This document shows, piece after piece, positions 40,872 through 50,649 of a DNA stretch of 64,000 nt. A model generated the notes under the pieces. The model saw nothing but the letters and a program-made list of their open reading frames with translations. It was not told the DNA's origin and ran no database searches. The stretch covers positions 224,001 through 288,000 of the forward strand of contig CBDBIB010000001.1 in assembly GCA_965205945.1 (NCBI GenBank), written 5' to 3'. How positions within the stretch are numbered: position 1 is the stretch's first letter; each line of letters starts with the position of its first letter. Source of the stretch: Bdellovibrionales bacterium. GTDB lineage: Bacteria > Bdellovibrionota > Bdellovibrionia > Bdellovibrionales > UBA1609. A program made the position numbers and the translations under genes.

Positions 40872-41492
40872 TTGCAAACTAAATATATGCGTAAGTTTTT
40901 TTGTATAATTTGTGATGTTATAAAATTTAGAAAAAATATGATCTGTGGGTATTGTGAGAATAAGATAGGATCTCGTAAGAAAGCTTATTTTTTAAGATAT
41001 GAGGAAAAAGTTCCTCACTACTATTTATTTGAATGGAATTTAGAGACTGATTTTTTTTGCAGGAAATTAGTTTGTTTTTTAAAACATCAAAAAGTTGATA
41101 AATTTAAAGAATGGACGTATTTATTCCCCTCTCAAATAAGTTTTATTGGATCTAGAGTAGCTTTTGTGCCTAAATCATCTTCTCAAAAAACTTTAAATCA
41201 TGCTAAAGAATTAGCTTTAAGTTTAAAAAAACTTTTAAACTTAAAAAGTATTTTAGAGATAGACGAGACCTTCGAAGCTCAGAAGAAAAAAACTCGAATA
41301 AATCGACTAAAAGTGAAGAAAAATTTTAAGAAAAAAATACGACTAGACTACCAATGGGTTTTTATAGATGATGTCTTTGTTACAGGTGCAACTTATGGCA
41401 GAATAAAATCTGAAATAGAGAACCTACCTGAAATGATAGTGACACTTTTTTACAAATCATTAATTAAGGGAGAAGAAAGGAATGTTTTTTAA
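40872..41492 (+). CDS. ComF-family phosphoribosyltransferase-like protein (divergent)
   Basis: N-terminal CxxC..CxxC, NHA, and FIDDVFVTGAT. Confidence 0.8.
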   Translation: MQTKYMRKFFCIICDVIKFRKNMICGYCENKIGSRKKAYFLRYEEKVPHYYLFEWNLETDFFCRKLVCFLKHQKVDKFKEWTYLFPSQISFIGSRVAFVPKSSSQKTLNHAKELALSLKKLLNLKSILEIDETFEAQKKKTRINRLKVKKNFKKKIRLDYQWVFIDDVFVTGATYGRIKSEIENLPEMIVTLFYKSLIKGEERNVF

Positions 41493-42075
41493 AATATTTT
41501 TTATTCCAATGTTTTTATTTGCAAAAGAACCTGTGAAAACTCATGATTCAGCTCAAAAACTCTTACAGAGTATGATCCTTACTTACAATCAAGCTAAGTA
41601 TATGAAGTGTAGTTTTAATAAACTTTCTAAATCAATGCTTTTAAGCACTGTTGAGAAAACAAAAGGAACTCTAGAATACTCTAAAAAGAAAATTAGATTA
41701 GAGATGACCGGAGAAAACAAAAGTATTTTCATCAAAGGTCACGAAAAATTTTGGCATATTAGTGGTAAAAATGTAACCACAGGAAATGTAAAAGACGCCG
41801 TACCAAATATTTTTGATTCTATTTTTTCAAATACAACTATTTGGTCAAAACTTGGAGTAAAATATATTTCTGTTTCAAAGAAAAAAGCTAAAATTAAAAT
41901 AGATCCAAAAGGAAAATTCCCTAATATTTTAGAAATAGTAATGAAAATTAATTTAAAAAAAAGAACGTTAATTCAACTAAACTATACCGATGATGTGAAT
42001 AATTCTGTGGAAATTTCTTTTAAGAATATAAGATTTTTTTCAAAAGAAAGGCCTGAAAGATTCATCTATAAATAA
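41482..42075 (+). CDS. LolA-like outer-membrane lipoprotein carrier
   Basis: LolA-type beta pattern (KGTL..KIRLE, YTDDVNNSVEISF..F). Confidence 0.75.
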   Translation: MFFKIFFIPMFLFAKEPVKTHDSAQKLLQSMILTYNQAKYMKCSFNKLSKSMLLSTVEKTKGTLEYSKKKIRLEMTGENKSIFIKGHEKFWHISGKNVTTGNVKDAVPNIFDSIFSNTTIWSKLGVKYISVSKKKAKIKIDPKGKFPNILEIVMKINLKKRTLIQLNYTDDVNNSVEISFKNIRFFSKERPERFIYK

Positions 42076-42246
42076 GCATAAAACTACTTACTCTAATTAA
42101 ACTATAAAAATCTAGAATAATTTTTAATAATTTTAAACGAATTCACTTAAGAAAATTTTTTAAAAATAAAACACCTTATAAAATATTAACTAAGAATGAG
42201 AAAGTCCTAGCTTTTTAAATTATCACCTAGGCTTTAGTGATGTAAA

Positions 42247-43775
42247 GTAAGCGCCCTAAAACCCTGACTTTTACCCACAAATCATAAGTTATTACCTGTT
42301 TTAATATCATTAAATTTTATCATCGCCCTCCACAGAACTTGTTGGCCTGGAGGTGGGCCAGAGTTCCTTGCTAAATAACCTCCTAGTCTTGCAAACGATT
42401 TTACAAATTTTGCCAAGCTATCATTTGCTCCTAATAACCTGCCTGACTGCTCTTCTAATTTTGATAACAAAACTTGTTCCTCTTTTGTAAAACAGTGATC
42501 TGCATTTACTTCGCAATCAACTCTAGAAATCCTTGAAATCCAAAATATTCGCCAAGCTAAAACACTCCTAAACGCTACATACTTTTTGATCCTCTCTAAA
42601 CTCCTTAAACGACTTTTCTCTACACTAAAACCTGATTTTAACGCCTTAAAATACACTTTTATATTCCAACGAAGTTTATACCAGTTCACTTTCTCTATAG
42701 CCTCTTCAAAATTTGTTATTGGGATATTTGTTAAGAGTTTCTAATCAACTTGATCCTCTCGCTTAGGGCCATCTTCTTTTGCAGATACAACATAGACCTC
42801 AACGGGGGGATAATCTTTACTCCTATGTGGAGAAGGCAGGACTGTAACTTTATAGAAGCGAATCTTTACTTTCGCAGTTCTTGCCTCTCTTTTATGAGTC
42901 TTAGGCAGATTGAGATTGTAACTGCCTACAGGAGCTGTTTTCGGGATATTATCATAAATCTTTATTTTCTTCTTTGATGTACACCTATCATGAACTCCAC
43001 GAATTAAAAAGTTTGTACCAAAACTAATACAATTAAAAAATAACTCATACATATCCCCGCACCTCGGTCACAAATGTGCACTTGCTTTTCAGCTTGAAAT
43101 TCAGCAACAACTAAGTTCACCCCCCTCAATCCAACTAAAACTTTCTTTTTCTTGAACAGGGACTCTGGTAAAGTTCTTTCCAGCTTTTCTTATTTTTCTT
43201 CTGTTTTTAGAATCACGAGACCACATTTTTTGATTCACTAAACCTAAAGGAACTCCCGTTTTACTTAATAGAGCAAGAGATGAATGTATCATTAAACCTG
43301 GTGTATCGTACTCTTTACCATTTCGATGATCTATGTAGGACCCTAAGTATCCTGCGTTGCCTTAAAAGACTTTATTTTTTGAGAAAGTTATTTCACTTAA
43401 GTCATGTAAAATTAAAGACATATCATTTTCATCTAGAGCATTCATTCTGTTGAGCGTTTGTTTTATGTGAGGTTTGAGAATTTCTTCAGCCTGAAAGTTG
43501 TCATTATCAAAGAATCTATAAGCCGCCTTAGAAGATTTCCAATCTTGGCATGAAAAAGAGATAGACTCACCATTATTTTTACTCAAAGCCTCAGCAAGGT
43601 ATTCAAGTCTGTGGTTAAGTCGTTTATCACCAAGTTGAGCATTTTTAAATTCATTTTTAATATTTACAAAAACTCCAATTCTTAAAATCAATTTGGAGTT
43701 TAATATTATTTTGATTTTAAAATTATAAAACCTAGACCTATTTGTGGGTAAAAGTCAGGGTTTTAGGGCGCTTAC
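42247..43775 (-). mobile_element. IS4-family (IS50/Tn5-like) element with fragmented transposase
   Basis: Perfect 36-bp inverted repeats at 42247-42282 and 43740-43775. Fragments LGDKRLNHRL, KAAYRFFDN, WYKLRWNI..FKALKSG and ARLGGYLAR..PPG are spread over four ORF pieces. Confidence 0.93.
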
Positions 43776-43776
43776 A

Positions 43777-44086
43777 TTTAAAAGCACTTTTTCAAAAGTA
43801 AATAGGCATTGCCGTTACAGAGGTATTGAAAAAGTAGAGTTCCAGGCTTTGATGGAGGCTGCAGTTTAAAGCTTAAAATGGGTCATCAGGATAGGTTTGT
43901 CTAATTTAAGTTTTTAGAGGAAGTTTATAAAAAAAGAGTCTTCAAAACCCGGTTTTGAGAGCCTGTAAATTAAATTGTAAATATAGCGTTTGAAAAAAGC
44001 TGTGTTGAATGTCTACTAAGACTGTTCGATTTTAAGTCCGCTTAAGCTGCGTTGGAAAAATTTGTACTCGCTTTTGTGACAGTCTC
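43777..44086 (+). pseudogene. C-terminal remnant of an IS5-like transposase with putative IS end
   Basis: Translates FKSTFSKVNRHCRYRGIEKVEFQALMEAAV*. TTTTGTGACAGTCTC at 44072-44086 resembles an IS terminus. Confidence 0.6.
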
Positions 44087-44240
44087 ATATAGGATCTAGA
44101 TTTTAAACCAAGTCAAACCTTAATAAAACGCTATACAACTTCTTAGTGTCGTAATGATGAGCTAATTTGGTCTCACAATAATACAATTTAAAGTTTAAAA
44201 TTTATAAAAGTTTTCGGTAAATTATGCCGAAAGGCTAGGT

Positions 44241-46970
44241 ATGAGTAAGGTTATACAATGCTTATTTATAATAGGTTTAGTTGGTTGCAATCAGGAAAGT
44301 AACGTAGAGTTTTCTTCTATTAATAACGTGTTAATTTTAAAAGGGAATATGACTCTTGACTTTGGTGAAGTTATTATTGGAGAGAGTAAAAGTCTTGATT
44401 ACGAAATAAGAAACCTTACAAATCTAAGTGTTGAACCTGGAAGCTTTAAACTTATGCCTGTTAAAATGCTTAACACTCAAAACTCCTCCCCTTTTAAATT
44501 AGAATTAGGTACTTGCACAGAGATCTTAAAAAAACTTAATAAGTGTTCTGTAAAGATAACCTATACACCTGAAAAAAAGGAGATCATTAATACTCGTTTA
44601 AAAATATTTTATAAATATAGCTCTGTTTTAAATTCAAACATTCTTATTGAGAGTGTGCATTCTAAAGGAATCGATTTAAACAGTTTAATTCCAACAATTG
44701 ACATAACAAACCCTGTAAATGAAACTTACATTAACCTTAATAACGAAAGTGCTTTTAGGGTTTTAGGAACATGTTCTGAAAATGGTGAGCTTATCACATT
44801 TTCACATGGTACAAGCTTTATTACTTGTTCTAATAAAAGCTTTAGTGGTGATATTGATTTTTCAAGCCTAAGTGATGGTCCACTTTCACTAACTGCTAGT
44901 ATCACAAACATTGCTGGAAATTCTAAAACTTCAGGTGTTTTAAATCTAATAAAAGATACTAAACCCCCTATTGTCAGTATTGGAAGCCATATAATAAGCA
45001 GTTCAAATTCTATAGACTTTCCCATAACTGTAAGCCAAGACTTTAGTAGTATAAACCTAGAAAAGAGCAATGTCAGCCTTACTGGAGCTACTACAGGTTG
45101 CACAGTTTTAGTAACAAATGGAACAACTATTAATCCAAGTATTAGGATTTCAGACTGCAGTGATGAAACCGGAAATATTCAAATTACAATCGCCTCTGGT
45201 GTTGCACAAGATGCAGCCGGAAACCTGTCTGATGTAGTTAGTTTAAGCACTGAAATACAAAATTTAGGAACCCCTTTTACAGCTAAATTTAGTATTTATG
45301 GTAGTGATTTAAATTTAAATCTTAGTTTAAGTTCTTCTTATACATATAACTTTATGGTTCATTGGGGGGATGGAACCTCGGGAGTTGTTACTTCATCAAG
45401 TGATTTAGATAAAAATCATACTTATTCATCTTCAGGGACTTATATAGTTAAAATCACTGGGCGCTGCCCATATCTTAACTTTCGTGATAGCGAGCAAATA
45501 ATTGAGGTTACAGAATTAGGAGACACAGGGTGGGAAAGTTTTAGTTATATGTTTTATAAAGCAGATAACTTAACTCTTGTTAATGGTGGCTCAACTAGAC
45601 ATGTTACTAGTATGAACTCTATGTTTTCTTATGCAGCTTTAGCTAACCCTGACACCTCTGACTGGGACACTTCTAAGGTTACTAGTATGAGCTCTATGTT
45701 TAATAATGCAGCTTTAGCTAACCCTGACACCTCTGACTGGGACACTTCTAAGGTTACTGATATGGGCTTGATGTTTTATGATGCAGATTTAGCTAACCCT
45801 GACACCTCTGACTGGGACACTTCTAAGGTTACTGATATGAGGTCTATGTTTTATAATGCAGATTTAGCTAACCCTGACACCTCTAACTGGGACACTTCTA
45901 AGGTTACTAGTATGAGCTCTATGTTTAATAGTGCAGCTTTAGCTAACCCTGACACCTCTGACTGGGACACTTCTAAGGTTACTGATATGGGCTTGATGTT
46001 TTATGATGCAGATTTAGCTAACCCTGACACCTCTGACTGGGACACTTCTAAGGTTACTAGTATGAGCTCTATGTTTTCTAATACAGCTTTAGCTAACCCT
46101 GACACCTCTAACTGGGACACTTCTAAGGTTACTAATATGAACGGGATGTTTTCTTATGCAGCTTTAGCTAACCCTGACACCTCTGACTGGGACACTTCTA
46201 AGGTTACTAGTATGAGCTCTATGTTTAATAATGCAGCTTTAGCTAACCCTGACACCTCTGACTGGGACACTTCTAAGGTTACTAGTATGGGCTTTATGTT
46301 TTCTAATACAGCTTTAGCTAACCCTGACACCTCTGACTGGGACACTTCTAAGGTTACTAGTATGGGCTTTATGTTTTCTAATACAGCTTTAGCTAACCCT
46401 GACACCTCTAACTGGGACACTTCTAAGGTTACTAGTATGAGCTGGATGTTTTTTAATGCAGATTTAGCTAACCCTGACACCTCTAACTGGGACACTTCTA
46501 AGGTTACTAATATGAGCTGGATGTTTTCTGATGCAGATTTAGCTAACCCTGACACCTCTAACTGGGACACTTCTAAGGTTACTAGTATGTATAAGATGTT
46601 TTCTAATGCAGCTTTAGCTAACCCTGACACCTCTAACTGGGACACTTCTAAGGTTACTAGTATGTATAAGATGTTTTCTAATGCAGCTTTAGCTAACCCT
46701 GACACCTCTGACTGGGACACTTCTAAGGTTACTAGTATGAGCTCTATGTTTAATAATGCAGATTTAGCTAACCCTGACACCTCTAACTGGGACACTTCTA
46801 AGGTTACTAGTATGTATAAGATGTTTAATAATGCAGCTTCTTTTGATCAAGACATCAGTTCATGGAATGTTTCTAACGTTCTCGATTGCGGCAGTTTTTC
46901 AGGCCGAACTTTAACTTCTTGGACTCGTGCTGAAAAACCTAATTTTACACGTTGTAGCCCTGGTTATTAA
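44241..46970 (+). CDS. BspA/DUF285-type leucine-rich-repeat surface lipoprotein with Ig-like and PKD-like domains
   Basis: Lipobox LVGC; Ig-like segments; VHWGDG..HTY..GTY; 25-aa repeats WDTSKVTxMxxMF; cap FDQDISSWNVSNV. Confidence 0.92.
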   Translation: MSKVIQCLFIIGLVGCNQESNVEFSSINNVLILKGNMTLDFGEVIIGESKSLDYEIRNLTNLSVEPGSFKLMPVKMLNTQNSSPFKLELGTCTEILKKLNKCSVKITYTPEKKEIINTRLKIFYKYSSVLNSNILIESVHSKGIDLNSLIPTIDITNPVNETYINLNNESAFRVLGTCSENGELITFSHGTSFITCSNKSFSGDIDFSSLSDGPLSLTASITNIAGNSKTSGVLNLIKDTKPPIVSIGSHIISSSNSIDFPITVSQDFSSINLEKSNVSLTGATTGCTVLVTNGTTINPSIRISDCSDETGNIQITIASGVAQDAAGNLSDVVSLSTEIQNLGTPFTAKFSIYGSDLNLNLSLSSSYTYNFMVHWGDGTSGVVTSSSDLDKNHTYSSSGTYIVKITGRCPYLNFRDSEQIIEVTELGDTGWESFSYMFYKADNLTLVNGGSTRHVTSMNSMFSYAALANPDTSDWDTSKVTSMSSMFNNAALANPDTSDWDTSKVTDMGLMFYDADLANPDTSDWDTSKVTDMRSMFYNADLANPDTSNWDTSKVTSMSSMFNSAALANPDTSDWDTSKVTDMGLMFYDADLANPDTSDWDTSKVTSMSSMFSNTALANPDTSNWDTSKVTNMNGMFSYAALANPDTSDWDTSKVTSMSSMFNNAALANPDTSDWDTSKVTSMGFMFSNTALANPDTSDWDTSKVTSMGFMFSNTALANPDTSNWDTSKVTSMSWMFFNADLANPDTSNWDTSKVTNMSWMFSDADLANPDTSNWDTSKVTSMYKMFSNAALANPDTSNWDTSKVTSMYKMFSNAALANPDTSDWDTSKVTSMSSMFNNADLANPDTSNWDTSKVTSMYKMFNNAASFDQDISSWNVSNVLDCGSFSGRTLTSWTRAEKPNFTRCSPGY
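45603..46841 (+). repeat. Coding tandem array: 16 full 75-bp units (45642-46841) plus a partial unit
   Basis: Invariant block GCTAACCCTGACACCTCT[G/A]ACTGGGACACTTCTAAGGTTACT recurs every 75 nt. Confidence 0.97.
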
Positions 46971-47274
46971 TTTATTTTTTTTTGATGAATAGAAGAGCTT
47001 ACTTTAAGAGATCTGCTTTATGTAAGACAGTACCCTTTTTTAACAAGCTCACTAAAGGTTTTATGGCAATTAATTTTATTATTATAAATAACAATGAGGC
47101 TAAGAGTCTCTATAACGAATATTTCAATGCAAAGATTTGATTGTATAAGCGGATGTAGAAAAACAAAAAAATGAGGTGTTTAAAGATTTCCTAATTTCTA
47201 CAAATCTGTTGTAAGATAACCCGAATTCGGGCTTATTCAGGATCTAATATTAACACCAAGCGATTCTGTCGTAT

Positions 47275-48976
47275 TATAACTACAAAGGGAAACTGACGGT
47301 CATGCCGTATCATTAATCATCTAGTATTCTTTCTTGACTACTAAATGGAGGTGCAAAGGATGATGGTAATGAATACTCAAAAATCAATTAAAAATTGATA
47401 TTATTTCTAAGGTTTCAGAGGGAAAAATTAAAATTTGTGATGCTGTAAAACTTTTGAATAAATCCAGGAGAACTATAGAGAGGTATCTTCAAAAATATAA
47501 TAAAATTGGAATACAGTTTGCTATTCATAAAAATAAAAACTGCTCTCCAGTTAATAAAACTTCTGATAAGTTGAAAGTTAAGGTTCAGCAGTTAATTAAA
47601 AAGAAATATTACGATTTTAACTTAACTCACCTTAGTGAAAAACTTGTTGAAGATAAAAATATTCAGGTTAATAGAGAGACTTTAAGATGTTAGGCTCACG
47701 AAATTCACCATGTGAAAAAAGCAAAAAAAAGAAGACCTAAGGCGCGTAAAAAAAGAAATCGTATGGAGTCTCCAGGGCTTTTATTGCAGATGGATGGAAG
47801 TCTTCACCGCTGGTTTGGCCATTCAAAGTCGTGTTTAATAGCCATTATTGATGATGCTAATAGTGAAGTTCATGCTGAGTTTTTTAATTCTGAAACGATA
47901 CTGAGCTGTATGAAAGTTTTAAAAGATCTTATTAAAAAAAGAGGCGTTTTTAAGGCCTTATATGTTGATCGTGCTGGTATTTTTGGTGGGCCTAAAAGAT
48001 GTCATTTTTCTAAAAGTGCAAAGAGCTTGTGGTGAGTTAGGTATTGAAATTGTTTTTGCTAATTCTCCAGAAGGAAAAGGACGAATTGAAAGGTCTTTTG
48101 ACACTTTCCAGGATCGGCTTGTTCCGGAGCTTAGGATAAATAAAATAACAACTATGGATGAAGCTAATAAGTATTTAAAAAATGAATTCATTCCTCAGTA
48201 TTGGACAAAATCTATCATGGTTTAGCCTGAAAATTTAACCTCTGAATATTTACCAGTTCCACTCAATAAAAATTTAGATAATATTTTTCTTACTAAAGAA
48301 TATCGAAAAATCAGTTCTGATCACACATTTAGCTATGGTAATAAATTTTACTTAATCAACTCTAAATTAAAGCATTCCATTGCTAGGCAAGAAATTGAAA
48401 TTCGTACAGAAGTAGCTGGGAAGTTTAAGGCCTATTTTTCTCATAAAGAGTTGTCTATTTCAGAGGTTGTAGAACCCACTAGGCTCTCTATGCTTGACCT
48501 TGAAATCCAAAAGAACTAGAGATGTATTGGAATTAGCCGATTCTCTACAGAGCGTCTCTGAGGCCTCTAGGATTACTGGTGTTTCAAGGCAAACTATTCA
48601 TAAAAATAGAAAAATTCTTAAAGAAAAAGGACCTGAGGCGTTGAAGCGAACTTTTAATAAAAATCATTACCATAAAAATAAGGCTAACAAAGACTTGGAA
48701 GCTACAGTATAGAGTTTTCTCTAAAAAACCCACACCTTGGTCAACAGCAAGTAGCCCTACAGTTAAATGAGGCTTATAAGACTGACATTAGCGCATCTGG
48801 TGTAAGACTTATTTGGCAAAGACATAAAATGCAAACCATAGCTCTAAGAATTATGAAGACTGAGAAAACTAGGCAAAAAGAGGTGGCTTAAAATTAAATT
48901 TTATGATTTTTTATAACGCACCGATACCGACAAAGTCACTTTATAATTAAACCGTCAGTTTCCCTCTGTAATGACA
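47275..48976 (+). mobile_element. ISNCY/IS1202-like element, transposase pseudogene (about 47360-48891)
   Basis: Imperfect inverted repeats TATAACTACAAAGGGAAACTGACGGT and, reverse-complemented, TGTCATTACAGAGGGAAACTGACGGT. Motifs LLQMDGSLHRWF, IIDDA, LYVDR and KGRIERSFDTFQDRL, with several stops and frameshifts. Confidence 0.88.
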
Positions 48977-49003
48977 CTATTACATATCTTTTAAAAATTA
49001 TCG

Positions 49004-50554
49004 TTATTTAGCAATTTTTCTTTTTTCAAGCTGATACTTATCTACTTTCATAATTAAACCAGCTCTGCTTATGCCAAGTTCTTTTGCAAGCCTAGATTTA
49101 TTCCATCCAGTTCTTCTAAGCCCTTCATAAATCATTTTTCTTTCCAAATCTTGTAAGGCATCCTTTAGTTTTCCATGAATACGAGCTCCTTGTATATTAG
49201 GGTTGTTTCCAGATTCTAGTATTTTTCCAGAAAGCATATTATGTGTAATTTTTTGCTCAGCCCCACTTAAAACAACTAATCTCTCAACTTCATTTTTAAG
49301 TTCACGAACGTTACCTGGCCAAGTATAGTCGTAAAGCTTTTCTAGAGCACTTTTTGTAATAATTTTTTTACCACCATCTTTTTTATTAACTTCATTCATA
49401 AAATTTTCTGTTAATAATGGAATATCTTCTTTTCGATCTTTTAATGAAGGAACTTTAATATTAATGACGTTTAATCTATAATATAAATCTTCTCTAAAAG
49501 TTCCATCTTCAACCATTTTTTTAAGATCTTTGTTTGTTGCAGCAAGAATTCTTACATTTACTTTTTTTTCTACAGTAGCTCCCACAGGAGTAAAAGTTCC
49601 TTCTTGTAATACACGCAAAAGCTTCACCTGCATTTGTACAGAAGTGTCTCCAATTTCATCTAAGAAAAAAGTTCCTTTATGTGCCATTTCAAAAAGACCC
49701 TTTTTATCTTTCACAGCTCCTGTGAAAGAACCTTTTGCATGACCAAAAAACTCAGATTCTAGCAAATTGTCATTAAATGCAGAGCAGTTTTGAGTGATTA
49801 AGGGTCCATTTTTTCTTGGTGAATTGTAATGAATAGACTTCGCAATAAGCTCCTTACCTGTTCCGTTACTTCCACTAATCAATACAGTTGCCTCAGACTG
49901 CTTAATCTTATCTAAAAGATTATAAAGTTGTTGCATAGGTTTAGATTTACCAATCATTGCATCATAATTATAGCGATTACCAAGTTCTTTATTTAGCTCC
50001 TTAATCCTATTTTCACGACTAGTAATTTCTAAATGAAGAGTAATGATTTCTTGGCCAACAAGTTCAACTAGTTCAATAAAATGTTCACGCTCTTGATTAT
50101 TAACATAAGTAACTTTAGACACTGAATCTTGAATCATTTCATTAGAAAAATTTAAAGCACCTAGTTTTTCTCTAATCTGAACAAGAGATTCCTTAGCATT
50201 ATCTTTTAAAAACCCAAAAGCAACAACAGTTCCCATAAAATCATTTTCTATAATAATTGGAAAAACAATAAGATCAAACCCAATGGTCTCCCATTTTTTA
50301 GCACTATATTTACTGTCAGTTAGCTTTAAATCATCAATACACTTTAAAACGACCTCTTTAAAAGAATGAGTTAGACTTTCATTTTGAAAAAGACTTGGAG
50401 TAATAGGATTATATGACGTAATTTTTTTAAAATCAGAAGAAATTGGATTTCCAGATTCATTTGTAAAAAAAATATCAACATTCCACCAAGAACCAATAAT
50501 ACTCTTTAGTTTTTTAATTACATGTATGTGTTCAAACTCATCCCATTTTATCAT
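49004..50554 (-). CDS. sigma-54-dependent Fis-family transcriptional activator with PocR-like sensor N-terminus
   Basis: Motifs GSNGTGKE, ESEFFGHAKGSFTGA, FLDEIG and WPGNVREL; C-terminal HTH. Confidence 0.93.
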   Translation of the reverse strand: MIKWDEFEHIHVIKKLKSIIGSWWNVDIFFTNESGNPISSDFKKITSYNPITPSLFQNESLTHSFKEVVLKCIDDLKLTDSKYSAKKWETIGFDLIVFPIIIENDFMGTVVAFGFLKDNAKESLVQIREKLGALNFSNEMIQDSVSKVTYVNNQEREHFIELVELVGQEIITLHLEITSRENRIKELNKELGNRYNYDAMIGKSKPMQQLYNLLDKIKQSEATVLISGSNGTGKELIAKSIHYNSPRKNGPLITQNCSAFNDNLLESEFFGHAKGSFTGAVKDKKGLFEMAHKGTFFLDEIGDTSVQMQVKLLRVLQEGTFTPVGATVEKKVNVRILAATNKDLKKMVEDGTFREDLYYRLNVINIKVPSLKDRKEDIPLLTENFMNEVNKKDGGKKIITKSALEKLYDYTWPGNVRELKNEVERLVVLSGAEQKITHNMLSGKILESGNNPNIQGARIHGKLKDALQDLERKMIYEGLRRTGWNKSRLAKELGISRAGLIMKVDKYQLEKRKIAK

Positions 50555-50590
50555 TACAAAATTCCTCCATTATATTTATATATAGAGGCT

Positions 50591-50617
50591 TTATCGTTAA
50601 ATTTTTTAAAAACTTTA
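50591..50617 (-). promoter_or_regulatory. sigma-28 (FliA)-type promoter of the sigma-54 activator
   Basis: TAAAGTTT-N11-AACGATAA versus consensus TAAAGTTT-N11-GCCGATAA. Confidence 0.7.
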
Positions 50618-50649
50618 TGGATTTGTAAAAAGTCTAGACACTTTCAAGC

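Noticed and set aside
46154..46795. 213-aa antisense repeat ORF
   Set aside because: Shadow of the LRR repeat; it stays open only because the repeated unit lacks a stop in that frame.
45603..46841. CRISPR-like pattern of a constant ~45-bp block alternating with ~30-bp variable segments
   Set aside because: The period is exactly 75 nt and in frame within a 909-aa ORF, the 'spacers' are similar to each other, and there are no cas genes.
45603..46841. Diversity-generating retroelement acting on the LRR array
   Set aside because: No reverse transcriptase or separate template repeat in the window, and substitutions are not confined to adenine positions.
47215..47240. Palindrome ATAACCCGAATTCGGGCTTAT upstream of the ISNCY element
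   Set aside because: Single short occurrence with no partner or assignable function.
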